Source: a virus | Taxonomy: Duplodnaviria > Caudoviricetes | Virus record (IMG/VR): IMGVR_UViG_2728369482_000003 | Span: 1-64,000 of that record | DNA: 64,000 nucleotides | Strand: one strand, 5' to 3' | Shown here: positions 1-8,464 of the stretch, in pieces | How the letters are laid out: the number at the start of each line of letters is the position of its first letter | How positions within the stretch are numbered: the stretch's first letter is position 1 | Program-made: the position numbers and the translations under genes | Notes under the pieces: model-generated | Database searches by the model: none | What the model was told of the DNA's origin: nothing | Seen by the model: the letters and a program-made list of their open reading frames with translations, nothing else

Positions 1-1224
1 ATGTTACAGCAGGTAAAATCGATTCTACAGAAGAAAAAACGGGCCACCGGACTTTATCCGATCATGCTACGGATCCGGCCCGAGGGAAAGGAACAGCTTA
101 TTTCTACTGGCTTTACCAGTAAACTGACCGACTGGGATCAGAAGAAAGGCCGGCCGAAGAAGTCTCATCCGTTATTCGAGGAAATGATGCTCAAGCTGCC
201 CGAACTGGAACTATCGGTAGCCAAGGGCTTAACCAACAGTCAGACGGGTCAATCCAGCCGGCAGATACTGGAAAAAGCCGTCAATAAGGCTTCAACGGGA
301 AGCCAGACCGGGGTACTGGAATACACCCGGGAAACGATCAAGCGGCTCAAAGCCGAGAACCGGCATGGTTATGCCAATGCTTTCCGGGGAATGGAGCTGA
401 GTCTGGAAAAGCAGTTAACCAAACGACAGACGGATTTCCAGTTTTCCCAGCTAAGCCCCCAGTTCATCCGGGCCTGGGAAAGCAGTCTCCGCCAGAAAGG
501 ATGTAAAGACACGACTATCTCAGCTTATTTCCGGGCTTTCCGGACGATGATCGGTTACGCCCGGTTGGAAAAGCTGACCACGGTTAATCCCTTTTCCGGG
601 GAGGATAAATTCAATATGAGTCCATACGGCAGTATCAAGACGGCCAAACGGGCTATTGAACGGGACAAGATCGAGCTACTCCACCAACTGGAGCTGGAAG
701 AAGATAGTCCGGAGTTTCACGCCCGTAACTTTTTTATGTTTTCCTTTTTCACCCGGGGCATGAACCTGATCGACATTGCCCGGCTGGAACCCAAGCAGAA
801 AGTCGGGGACTATTTGGAATACCGCCGGGCCAAGACTCATCAGTGGCAACGGGTGTTTATGCTAGATCCGGCCAAGGATATCTGGAACTATTACCTGGAA
901 CGGATGAAGAAAGGTCAGCAAACGGTCTTCTGGTTTATCTTCTGGCCCAGGCATAATACACCGGAACTACAACGAACCCGGATGCAGACGGTACTCAAAC
1001 AGATCAACAAACTACTACGGAAACTGGCTAGTCAGGTTGGGATTGAAACCCACCTGACGACCTACGTAGCCCGGCATTCGTTTGCTTCCAGTCTGAAACA
1101 CCTGGGTATTCCCACGGATCAGATCTCGGAGCTACTAGGTCATGACTCGGTAGAAACGACCCGGATTTACCTGGAGAGTTTCTCGGACGAGACCCTCAAC
1201 GAAGCCGTTCGAAAGCTACTGTAA
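1..1224 (+). CDS. int: Tyrosine recombinase/integrase, Bacteroidota type (arm-binding + SAM-like + catalytic domains)
   Basis: N-terminal YPIMLRI..ISTG arm-binding motif; catalytic-region motifs RGMNLIDI, YRRAKT, TTYVARHSFAS, LLGHDSVETTRIYL. Confidence 0.93.
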   Translation: MLQQVKSILQKKKRATGLYPIMLRIRPEGKEQLISTGFTSKLTDWDQKKGRPKKSHPLFEEMMLKLPELELSVAKGLTNSQTGQSSRQILEKAVNKASTGSQTGVLEYTRETIKRLKAENRHGYANAFRGMELSLEKQLTKRQTDFQFSQLSPQFIRAWESSLRQKGCKDTTISAYFRAFRTMIGYARLEKLTTVNPFSGEDKFNMSPYGSIKTAKRAIERDKIELLHQLELEEDSPEFHARNFFMFSFFTRGMNLIDIARLEPKQKVGDYLEYRRAKTHQWQRVFMLDPAKDIWNYYLERMKKGQQTVFWFIFWPRHNTPELQRTRMQTVLKQINKLLRKLASQVGIETHLTTYVARHSFASSLKHLGIPTDQISELLGHDSVETTRIYLESFSDETLNEAVRKLL

Positions 1225-1500
1225 CTGAATAATCTTTTTGGCTTCATAAACCTTTAACTGGAATGGATCTAGCAACTGAAAACATTTAAGATAAACCGAG
1301 ATAGGTCTTTTACGATCGAACCGATCGTCTATATAATAAAGGTTTTCACACTTAATCCAAGGACTTGAAACGTTGTTAATAGGACCTAATTCAACAATCC
1401 TGTAAATTTTACCGATTCGGTAATTAGAACCAAGTAAATCTGGATCTTGTCGATTAATCAGTTGAACCAAATCTCCTATGTTTAGCTCTTTAAGATTCAT
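1216..1500 (-). CDS. DPFQ-family paralog 16
   Basis: LNIGDLVQLI...IGKIYRI...CFQLLDPFQLKVYEAK; stop overlaps the integrase stop. Confidence 0.85.
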   Translation of the reverse strand: MNLKELNIGDLVQLINRQDPDLLGSNYRIGKIYRIVELGPINNVSSPWIKCENLYYIDDRFDRKRPISVYLKCFQLLDPFQLKVYEAKKIIQLQ

Positions 1501-1792
1501 GGTTTTTCAGTTTCTTTTTGGCTTCTAGTATTTTGGCTTGGAAAGGATCAATGGGTATAAAACAGTTTTTTTCAATCCAAACCTGGTTACCATATCTCTT
1601 TGTTTTCGGATCATCATTGGAGTTTATTCCGGCTACTTTTATCCATTCTCCATTAGCCGAATCGTTTGAGGTATAAATTTGGGTTATTCTGTAATGAGCC
1701 AGCCGAGTCCAATTAGTATATAGTTGAAGCCATTGACTATCCGTATTGACTAGCTGAACCCAATCACCGGGTTTTAATCTGTTAACTTCCAT
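1490..1792 (-). CDS. DPFQ-family paralog 15
   Basis: LKPGDWVQLV...CFIPIDPFQAKILEAK. Confidence 0.85.
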   Translation of the reverse strand: MEVNRLKPGDWVQLVNTDSQWLQLYTNWTRLAHYRITQIYTSNDSANGEWIKVAGINSNDDPKTKRYGNQVWIEKNCFIPIDPFQAKILEAKKKLKNHES

Positions 1793-2057
1793 GTGTCAAC
1801 TGGTTACGTGCCTGAAGAACTTTAACCTGAAATGGATCGAGTAATCTGAAATTCCGAAGATAAACAGCTGTCAATGTAACAGAAGGATTTGAATATGGGT
1901 CTATACAGTTAATCCAAGAGGACGGGATACCCATATAAGGTCCTAGTTTTGTTACCTGATAAAGTTTACCAATTTCATAACCAGTTCCATCCAAATAGTC
2001 ATCCTCAGCTTTAACCAACTGGACCCAGTCACCTACTTTTAGATCTTCAGGATTCAT
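1782..2057 (-). CDS. DPFQ-family paralog 14
   Basis: LKVGDWVQLV...NFRLLDPFQVKVLQARN. Confidence 0.85.
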   Translation of the reverse strand: MNPEDLKVGDWVQLVKAEDDYLDGTGYEIGKLYQVTKLGPYMGIPSSWINCIDPYSNPSVTLTAVYLRNFRLLDPFQVKVLQARNQLTHGS

Positions 2058-2340
2058 GATTTAATCGGTTACGGGCTTCTAAAACCTTGAGTTGAAACAG
2101 ATCTATTAGCCGAAAACAATCCAGGTATATCTGAGCGAGGTTACCGTCTACGGTTGTGGAGATTGCCTTGGTAAATAGAAGACCCTCACAGCTAACAATT
2201 GGACGAGGAGCTGTTGGAGCATATACCCGAATCACTTTGTAAATCTTACCCATTTCATAATTGGTGGCTTTCAGATCGTTATCATCATCGGTGATAAGCT
2301 GAATAAAATCACCAGGTTTCAAGGTTTGAGCATTTATCAT
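2047..2340 (-). CDS. DPFQ-family paralog 13
   Basis: LKPGDFIQLI...CFRLIDLFQLKVLEARN. Confidence 0.85.
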   Translation of the reverse strand: MINAQTLKPGDFIQLITDDDNDLKATNYEMGKIYKVIRVYAPTAPRPIVSCEGLLFTKAISTTVDGNLAQIYLDCFRLIDLFQLKVLEARNRLNHES

Positions 2341-2608
2341 TAGCTTTCAGTTGATTACGAGCTTCCAGAACTTTTACCTGGAACGGGTCCAGTTTTTCAA
2401 AACAGCAGTTATAAATCCTGGGGAATTTTCTATAGGTTTTCCAGGGATCAAGATCTTTTTTGAACGGTAGTCCGAGTACTTCAAACCAGTCAGGTTGAAC
2501 TACTTTTCCAACCGTGTATATACGATTTAACTGGTAGTCAGTATCGAACAGTTGGTTATCCTCTTCCCGAACCAATCGTACTTTATCACCGGTCTTAAAC
2601 TGGGTCAT
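2309..2608 (-). CDS. DPFQ-family paralog 12 (start corrected to ATG 2608)
   Basis: MTQFKTGDKVRLV...CFEKLDPFQVKVLEARN; the ORF-track start at 2686 overlaps the previous paralog. Confidence 0.85.
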   Translation of the reverse strand: MTQFKTGDKVRLVREEDNQLFDTDYQLNRIYTVGKVVQPDWFEVLGLPFKKDLDPWKTYRKFPRIYNCCFEKLDPFQVKVLEARNQLKANDKCSNLETW

Positions 2609-2861
2609 GATTGGACTGGGTTTGTTGCTGACGAATTTGAAGTACTTTGGCTTGAAAGGGATCGAGCTTTCTGAAACACCGATCAAATAGTAAGATTGGA
2701 CGTCTACTGTGTCTATAACTAATTCCGTCTACCTTGATAAATTCAGATTCAACTTCAACGACCCGATAAATCGTTCCGATTTGATAAGAATGAGCTTTAT
2801 TTAACCAATTATCATCGTCATTGACTAGTTGAACCCAGTCACCAATGGCAAAGTCACTCAT
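2595..2861 (-). CDS. DPFQ-family paralog 11
   Basis: FAIGDWVQLV...CFRKLDPFQAKVLQIR. Confidence 0.85.
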   Translation of the reverse strand: MSDFAIGDWVQLVNDDDNWLNKAHSYQIGTIYRVVEVESEFIKVDGISYRHSRRPILLFDRCFRKLDPFQAKVLQIRQQQTQSNHDPV

Positions 2862-3171
2862 AAGTCGGTTGGTTTAACTGGTGAAGAGCCTGGGCAACCC
2901 GGGCCTGAAACGGGTGAATCCGTTCAAAACAACGGCTATAAATCCGGGGATGGGTGTGATAACTGGTTACTCCGTCGAGCCATACAAGACCATCTAATTC
3001 GATGTAATGATTGAACCAGAAAAAGGTGGGTCCCGTAGCCCCTATTTCAGGGATTTTCTTTACCCGGTAAATCCGCCCGATTTGATAGTTGGTTTTTTCT
3101 AATTCCTCATCCGTTGTATCGACTAGTCTGACAAATTCACCCACCTGTAGATCGGTTAAATCATTGTACAT
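2854..3171 (-). CDS. DPFQ-family paralog 10
   Basis: LQVGEFVRLV...CFERIHPFQARVAQA. Confidence 0.85.
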   Translation of the reverse strand: MYNDLTDLQVGEFVRLVDTTDEELEKTNYQIGRIYRVKKIPEIGATGPTFFWFNHYIELDGLVWLDGVTSYHTHPRIYSRCFERIHPFQARVAQALHQLNQPTYE

Positions 3172-3439
3172 TGGTCAGGAGTTGATTACGGGCCTGGAAG
3201 ACTTTAAGCTGGAATGGGTCTAGTTTTCGAAAGCAATGAACATAAATTCCAGGTTCACCGGTACCATTACTAAAAACTGAAATCAGATCTTTACATCGGA
3301 TAAAACTGTACGGTCTTCCCATTACCGGGCCCAATTCGGATACCTGGTAAACTTCATTCAATCTACCTGTAGAACCGTTCAAATCTCGATCATCCATACT
3401 CACCAGTTGTACCCAATCCCCTACCTGAATATTATCCAT
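3161..3439 (-). CDS. DPFQ-family paralog 9
   Basis: IQVGDWVQLV...CFRKLDPFQLKVFQARN. Confidence 0.85.
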   Translation of the reverse strand: MDNIQVGDWVQLVSMDDRDLNGSTGRLNEVYQVSELGPVMGRPYSFIRCKDLISVFSNGTGEPGIYVHCFRKLDPFQLKVFQARNQLLTNVQ

Positions 3440-3677
3440 TGGTTTTGGTAGTTAAGAGTTTGTCGCGGGTTAGTCTAACTTTCGTTTGAAACGGGTCCTC
3501 GAGCCGGAACCAGGATTTAGGTAACCAGACCGAACTGATTCCGTCGTCCCATTCGGCTTGGATTAACAAATTACTTGAGTTACTTATCCGGTAACTTAAA
3601 CCAGTGGTAACTAATCCTTTAGTGTATAAAGCTGACTCACACACCACCCAATCACCGACTTCAAAGGGTCTATCCAT
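3432..3677 (-). CDS. DPFQ-family paralog 8
   Basis: FEVGDWVVC...WFRLEDPFQTKVRLTR. Confidence 0.85.
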   Translation of the reverse strand: MDRPFEVGDWVVCESALYTKGLVTTGLSYRISNSSNLLIQAEWDDGISSVWLPKSWFRLEDPFQTKVRLTRDKLLTTKTNG

Positions 3678-3957
3678 TTTCCTGTAGTTGTTGAAGGGTT
3701 AACCTGACTTTCGTCTGGAATGGATCTTCCAGCTCAAAATTCTTTGACTCTAACCAAAAATGAGTATATCCATTACTTGGCTTTAAATCAGTTTCTGAAT
3801 TAAGGCCCTTTACAGCTAAATGCCATTTAGAGTCTTTGTCTAATTCAGTTATCTGATAAACATTTTTAAGTTGGTAACTAGGATAGTACTTTTTTAATAT
3901 AAAATCATCGTCAGCCACCAGTATAACCCAGTCTCTTACCTTAAACCGATTATTCAT
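3670..3957 (-). CDS. DPFQ-family paralog 7
   Basis: FKVRDWVILV...NFELEDPFQTKVRLT. Confidence 0.85.
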   Translation of the reverse strand: MNNRFKVRDWVILVADDDFILKKYYPSYQLKNVYQITELDKDSKWHLAVKGLNSETDLKPSNGYTHFWLESKNFELEDPFQTKVRLTLQQLQENG

Positions 3958-4207
3958 TATACCTCTGGATTTGAGAAAGTGTGTTCCTTATTTTGGTTTG
4001 AAAGGGGTCTTCCAGTTGAAAACGGGAAGCGGCCAACCAAATCCCATCCCCGTTGTGATCTTTTTCCCAGGTTCCTTCTATAGAATCATCGATCACATCA
4101 GTTACCCGGTAGGCTTTACCTTGCTGAACCTGGGACTTTTTAAAATCCCCCGTGTACATAAAATCTATACAGACTACCCAATCTCCTTTCTTAAACGGAT
4201 TGTCCAT
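3950..4207 (-). CDS. DPFQ-family paralog 6
   Basis: FKKGDWVVC...RFQLEDPFQTKIRN. Confidence 0.85.
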   Translation of the reverse strand: MDNPFKKGDWVVCIDFMYTGDFKKSQVQQGKAYRVTDVIDDSIEGTWEKDHNGDGIWLAASRFQLEDPFQTKIRNTLSQIQRYNE

Positions 4208-4454
4208 GCTGCTGACGGGTTTGGTAGATTTTGATTAGAAACGAATCAACGGGTTCAAAACAAGCAGCCAGTAACGGAATCCGGGTATTTTGAAATCCCG
4301 GTTTTGTGTTAGTTACCGTTAGATACTGGGACGAGACAAGAGTAGCTACCTTTTCGATCTGATGATAGGAACCAATGCTAAGACCTGCCATTATAGCTAG
4401 TGAATCTGTCAGGGATACACAACGAACCCAGTCTCCGACTTGAAAATTAGCCAT
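4191..4454 (-). CDS. DPFQ-family paralog 5
   Basis: FQVGDWVRC...CFEPVDSFLIKIYQTR. Confidence 0.8.
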   Translation of the reverse strand: MANFQVGDWVRCVSLTDSLAIMAGLSIGSYHQIEKVATLVSSQYLTVTNTKPGFQNTRIPLLAACFEPVDSFLIKIYQTRQQHGQSV

Positions 4455-4707
4455 GTTGGTTGGATGAATTTAACCGGTGAGCTTCGAGTACCTTGAGCTG
4501 AAACGGTGTGATTGGACGGAAATAACTGGTTGGGTGATAAAAGTTTTTCTCGGTAAACTCATACCAGCTTTTTATACCAACAGTAATAGATACTACCTGG
4601 TAAATTTGACCAAGCTGGATGGAATCCTGTTTAAAGTAATCGTCATCCTCTTCTCCCTCTTCAGGTAAAGCTGTGCATAGTACCAGTTCTCCTTCTTCGG
4701 GCAACAT
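4447..4707 (-). CDS. DPFQ-family paralog 4
   Basis: PEEGELVLC...LGQIYQV...YFRPITPFQLKVLEAH. Confidence 0.8.
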   Translation of the reverse strand: MLPEEGELVLCTALPEEGEEDDDYFKQDSIQLGQIYQVVSITVGIKSWYEFTEKNFYHPTSYFRPITPFQLKVLEAHRLNSSNQHG

Positions 4708-4711
4708 TAGA

Positions 4712-4993
4712 TTATTTATCAGTTTTCATAGTTTGTAAGGCTTCCCGAACCTTGGTTTGGAATGGATCCTCGATTCGAAAGTTGGAAGCTAATAGGTAAT
4801 AATGACCGTGAGACAGGCTGGGTAATGGATCTTTGGTTGAATTGATACCCTCTACCAAAATGTAGTTTGCCGCTGGCTCTACATGACTGATTTTGTAGGC
4901 TTTACCAATCTGGTATCGTCCTGGGTAATATTTCCGCAGTACCTGATCCTTATCATTCAGCAGGACTGCCCATTTTTCAACTGGATCAGTCAT
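4712..4993 (-). CDS. DPFQ-family paralog 3
   Basis: YQIGKAYKI...NFRIEDPFQTKVREA; resembles 3670-3957 (shared L(R/K)KYYP, G(I/L)NS). Confidence 0.85.
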   Translation of the reverse strand: MTDPVEKWAVLLNDKDQVLRKYYPGRYQIGKAYKISHVEPAANYILVEGINSTKDPLPSLSHGHYYLLASNFRIEDPFQTKVREALQTMKTDK

Positions 4994-5256
4994 GGTTGAT
5001 TGAGTTGATCCCGGACTTGTCGAACCTTTGTCTGAAACGGATCTTCCTTGATAAAACAGTAGGAATAAATCCAGAAATCAAAGTCCATGTTAGGATGCTT
5101 TTTAAACTGTCTACAACGAACACACTGTGTATATCCTAATCCCCAATTAAGATCAGTTACCTGATATCGGTTTCCAATTTCAAGTCCTACGGCTTTTGAA
5201 TACGGATCATCCAGATTGACACAAACAATCCAGTCACCTACTTCGAAATCAGTCAT
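4990..5256 (-). CDS. DPFQ-family paralog 2
   Basis: FEVGDWIVC...CFIKEDPFQTKVRQVR. Confidence 0.85.
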   Translation of the reverse strand: MTDFEVGDWIVCVNLDDPYSKAVGLEIGNRYQVTDLNWGLGYTQCVRCRQFKKHPNMDFDFWIYSYCFIKEDPFQTKVRQVRDQLNQP

Positions 5257-5512
5257 GGTTCAGTAGTTTATTCCGGGCTAGGCGGACTTTGGTTTTGAAG
5301 GGATCTTCCGCTTCAAATAGGAAAGAATTATGAAACGTTTTATGACCTATTATAAGTCCTTTACATCGAATAAATGTACCAAATAAAGTAACTTCCTCTA
5401 CTTGAAATACCTGCCCTAACAGATCCGTTATATCGGGAACTTCCTGATTTTCGGGATTAGTTAAAACAACCCAATCTCCTTTTTTCAGTTGCAAGGCTTC
5501 TTTTTTTCTCAT
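5249..5512 (-). CDS. DPFQ-family paralog 1
   Basis: LKKGDWVVL...LFEAEDPFKTKVRLARN. Confidence 0.85.
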   Translation of the reverse strand: MRKKEALQLKKGDWVVLTNPENQEVPDITDLLGQVFQVEEVTLFGTFIRCKGLIIGHKTFHNSFLFEAEDPFKTKVRLARNKLLNHD

Positions 5513-5801
5513 CGAGTATTTCCCTTCCTTGTTTATCCAGTTTTTCCCATAACCCCCAGACCAGATCGTTCTGATACACCGTTCTGGTCATTAAGCCAAT
5601 CCGGTTCAGCTTTTCGTAGCAGGCCAGAATCTCGGGAATTGTCCCGGCTTTCCAGATTTGATTCTGTAGAGCCAGCCAGTCGTTGACAAACTGATCTTTC
5701 TGGGCTCTACGGGGCTTTAGGACAACCGATCTGTACCAGCCGTATCCCAAAGCCCCCAGTAGCAAACAATTGATTACTGCCCACTTAAAAAGCTCGTCCA
5801 T
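5457..5801 (-). CDS. Hypothetical protein with N-terminal transmembrane helix
   Basis: WAVINCLLLGALGYGWY hydrophobic segment; in leftward operon. Confidence 0.65.
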   Translation of the reverse strand: MDELFKWAVINCLLLGALGYGWYRSVVLKPRRAQKDQFVNDWLALQNQIWKAGTIPEILACYEKLNRIGLMTRTVYQNDLVWGLWEKLDKQGREILDEKKRSLATEKRRLGCFN

Positions 5802-6238
5802 GCGGATGGTCCGGTTAGTTTCTGTTTATTCTCTTCCTGGCTTTTAGTCAACAGGAATGATTCAACCTGCTCTCGGAACGTAAAGGGTAGATCACTCACG
5901 TGCTGCTCCAGGTATTGTTCCATCAGATTCACAACCTCAGCCTGGATATAATACGGTTTGGTCAGTTGCTGAGCCCGGTCATCATTAGTGAAGATACCCA
6001 GATAGGAATCCCGGTGATGGCCGTATACGACTTCCAAATCGTCCAGGTAAAACGGACTGCTCTGCATTTCGGAAGCTCCACTAACCCAGACATAAGCCCG
6101 ACCATCGTCGTAGATATGTTTCTCCCGGATGAACAGGTAAAATTCCAGTTTCATCATGTACTCTTCCAGCAGACTACTGGGTTGAAAACCTTCCCGGAGC
6201 CGGACAATTACATTTTTGGCTACCTCGTCTTTTCTCAT
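5774..6238 (-). CDS. Hypothetical protein
   Basis: 154 aa ORF coupled to the upstream gene by an ATGA overlap. Confidence 0.7.
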   Translation of the reverse strand: MRKDEVAKNVIVRLREGFQPSSLLEEYMMKLEFYLFIREKHIYDDGRAYVWVSGASEMQSSPFYLDDLEVVYGHHRDSYLGIFTNDDRAQQLTKPYYIQAEVVNLMEQYLEQHVSDLPFTFREQVESFLLTKSQEENKQKLTGPSAWTSFLSGQ

Positions 6239-6681
6239 GATACCTTGATTTTGTCAAACTTGATTCCATACCCACCCCAGCCATGTTTTGGCTCGATAGA
6301 CTTCTCTCCCATCACGGCTTCCCAGATTTCTTCAGACGTAAATTCTACAGCAGCTTCTTCCAGTAACCAATCAATCAGATGTCTTTTACTTAATGAATAT
6401 CGGATCAGGTCATAATTGGTATCGTCCCGACCCAGATAGGTGTTGGTAATTAAAACCGAGTAGACGTAGGTTTCCTCGTCTGATTGAATACGAGTAAGTT
6501 GGTAACCATCCGCTTCCAAGGCTTTCAACATCCGATAAGCCAGGTAGGTAGCATTTTCGTTATCCGTTGGAAACCAGTCTACGTAAGCTTCTGTCATCAA
6601 ATCAAGAGCCTGGTTAATTTCATCCCGTTTGTCAACCGAGACGGTTTTATCGGCCCAATCGGGCAGTGGAAATAGATTCAT
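6235..6681 (-). CDS. Hypothetical protein (start corrected to ATG 6681, MNLFPLP)
   Basis: ATGA overlap with the stop of 6678-6992. Confidence 0.7.
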   Translation of the reverse strand: MNLFPLPDWADKTVSVDKRDEINQALDLMTEAYVDWFPTDNENATYLAYRMLKALEADGYQLTRIQSDEETYVYSVLITNTYLGRDDTNYDLIRYSLSKRHLIDWLLEEAAVEFTSEEIWEAVMGEKSIEPKHGWGGYGIKFDKIKVS

Positions 6682-6992
6682 AGTTTGCTTAGTTGTTCCT
6701 GTAGATAAGCCCGGTACCAGGTATGGCAGAACTCCACGGCCTGATCCAGTTTTTTGAATTCTTTGGTTGGAATATCTTTGATCCAGGCAGAAACCGATTG
6801 GACATCCCATTGAGATGATTTTGTTCGAGGACATACCCACCAATGTTTCTTTCGGATTGTTTTTATTCCAGTATCCCTTGGAACATTATCGTGGCCTTTC
6901 AGAATATCAAAGGGCATAAAACCCTCCCAGACTACTTCTTGGTAATCATCGGAGTCCGGGTAATTATCCAGCCGTTTCAGCGTGTAATTCAT
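6678..6992 (-). CDS. Hypothetical phage protein
   Basis: 104 aa, ATGA-coupled on both sides. Confidence 0.7.
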   Translation of the reverse strand: MNYTLKRLDNYPDSDDYQEVVWEGFMPFDILKGHDNVPRDTGIKTIRKKHWWVCPRTKSSQWDVQSVSAWIKDIPTKEFKKLDQAVEFCHTWYRAYLQEQLSKL

Positions 6993-7279
6993 GGGTTGTC
7001 AAGTTTAGCTTTAGTCTGAAAGATCTTCCACAGGAATTCAAGTGAGTCTGGTATAGCGTGTAAGTGATGATCTTTTAACCAGTAGGAAAATTGAATCAAC
7101 GAAGAATCTTCAGATTGAAGAATCAGTTTACGTCGGCTATCTACTTTGTAATCATGTTTGACACAATCAGTCCAGTACGAAGCCAAGTTACCCGGAAAGT
7201 CATCATAGTACAGATACCAGGTAGTGGGTTTTTCTACGGTTGTTTCAGTTTGGTTTCCCGGATCAGAAATATCTTCCAT
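6989..7279 (-). CDS. FLWKIF-family paralog 3
   Basis: LILQSED...HHLHAIPDSLEFLWKIFQTK. Confidence 0.75.
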   Translation of the reverse strand: MEDISDPGNQTETTVEKPTTWYLYYDDFPGNLASYWTDCVKHDYKVDSRRKLILQSEDSSLIQFSYWLKDHHLHAIPDSLEFLWKIFQTKAKLDNP

Positions 7280-7467
7280 AGAAAATCGATGTTAGCAGGT
7301 GGTCCGTTTCTATATCTAACTCGTAGGTAGTCCCGAAATAACTTCAGATTTTGTTTGTCTGAACTCTTTAGTAATACCGGACTTGCAATCCGACTAGCAC
7401 TGTTGAAAACAGCGTAACCGTTAAACCAAGTCAAACTGTAAAAAAGACTATATTCCGGAGTTTCCAT
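7234..7467 (-). CDS. FLWKIF-family paralog 2
   Basis: VLLKSSD...GPPANIDFLWKIFLIRETK. Confidence 0.75.
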   Translation of the reverse strand: METPEYSLFYSLTWFNGYAVFNSASRIASPVLLKSSDKQNLKLFRDYLRVRYRNGPPANIDFLWKIFLIRETKLKQP

Positions 7468-7693
7468 CGGTTTCCAACTGTTGTTTGGTCAGGAATACTT
7501 TCCACAGAAACTCAATCGAATCGGGTACGGCTTGAAAGTGATGTTCGTTCAGGTAATGCTTGAATTTCCAGATATTTAGATGATCATCACTTACCAGAAT
7601 TGATTCCAGAATGTAATAACCCTGTGTACCAATCCAGTACCGGTCAACATCTGCATCAGCATCGTAGTAGAGATACCTGAGTTTATCTCTCAT
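7448..7693 (-). CDS. FLWKIF-family paralog 1
   Basis: ILVSDD...HHFQAVPDSIEFLWKVFLTK. Confidence 0.75.
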   Translation of the reverse strand: MRDKLRYLYYDADADVDRYWIGTQGYYILESILVSDDHLNIWKFKHYLNEHHFQAVPDSIEFLWKVFLTKQQLETDGNSGI

Positions 7694-8178
7694 AATCGAT
7701 TTAGAATTCGACCGGCCCGATAAACATGATTATGGGTCAAACCGGCATACGGATCGATCTGAATAAATCGATCGGCCTGCCAGAGTAGAAAGTCAGAATC
7801 ATCATCGAAAATCACGTAGTCAACCGGTTCAATACCGTACTGAGTATTGGTTCTGAGCCACATAAGGACCTCTACTCCCCGAACCCGGTGATCGGTCAAC
7901 GGTGTACAGCCAATAACCCGTTCGTCATAGGCAAACCCGGAATCTCTCAGAACCTGTAAACACCGTTCTTTTCCGCTGGCCCGCCAGGTAGAACTGATAA
8001 CCACTTGAAGCTCGGGAAACTGACTCAGTAGCAGATTAAGGTTATCAATGGTCCGCTGGTCAAAATCAGGTTTATCAGCTGCTACGGCTTCACCAGCTTG
8101 TATCCTGGTGTACCAGTCATGATTGAACAGTTCGTGGTTTAGGACTCCGTCAAAATCAAGGAACAGGTATTGCTTCAT
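7690..8178 (-). CDS. HAD-superfamily hydrolase (Swiss-Army-knife RNA-repair-like HAD domain)
   Basis: LFLDFDGVLN (DxD motif I), VVISSTWR, RGVEVLMWL, YVIFDDDSD. Confidence 0.85.
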   Translation of the reverse strand: MKQYLFLDFDGVLNHELFNHDWYTRIQAGEAVAADKPDFDQRTIDNLNLLLSQFPELQVVISSTWRASGKERCLQVLRDSGFAYDERVIGCTPLTDHRVRGVEVLMWLRTNTQYGIEPVDYVIFDDDSDFLLWQADRFIQIDPYAGLTHNHVYRAGRILNRL

Positions 8179-8221
8179 CAGTTATATCTGGACTGGTTTT
8201 GGGTTGTTTCTTCGTCTACCA

Positions 8222-8464
8222 TTAATGGCTATTTGCTTTTTTAAGAGCCTGTTTTTTGTTCCGAGCCATAATCGTTTTACCCCGGATAACAAATGGGTGA
8301 AGCTGGTTCGAATTATCATTTTTGTACATATCCGATTGATCCGGAGTCATCGGTGGCGGGCTATACGGATTACCATTTGATCCAGTATAGGTTCCGTGGG
8401 TTACTGAACTCATAGCGGCCATAGCTCCCATCATAGCCATCATTCCTTTTAAACGGGAAGTCAT
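8222..8464 (-). CDS. Hypothetical protein with Met/Ala-rich N-terminus
   Basis: MMAMMGAMAAMS; C-terminal FVIRGKTIMARNKKQALKK. Confidence 0.65.
   Translation of the reverse strand: MTSRLKGMMAMMGAMAAMSSVTHGTYTGSNGNPYSPPPMTPDQSDMYKNDNSNQLHPFVIRGKTIMARNKKQALKKANSH

Larger units (their letters stand above)
1216..5512 (-). repeat. Tandem array of 16 paralogous small genes (SH3/KOW-like body + C-terminal DPFQxKV helix)
   Basis: 16 consecutive 81-105 aa ORFs; most start with (L/F)xxGDWVxL/C and carry IGxxYxV, and nearly all end in Fxx(L/E)DPFQxKVxxAR; almost all overlap their neighbours. Confidence 0.95.

Noticed and set aside
700-1090. Integrase inactivated (N in place of the first catalytic Arg; YxxR in place of HxxR)
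   Set aside because: GMNxxD and TTYVARH variants are common in Bacteroidota integrases, and the catalytic Lys, Arg, His and Tyr are retained
1-5512. Integron- or shufflon-like cassette array driven by the adjacent recombinase
   Set aside because: Genes overlap, leaving no room for attC-like sites; all are co-oriented; the shared motif varies at synonymous positions, so there is no conserved DNA crossover site
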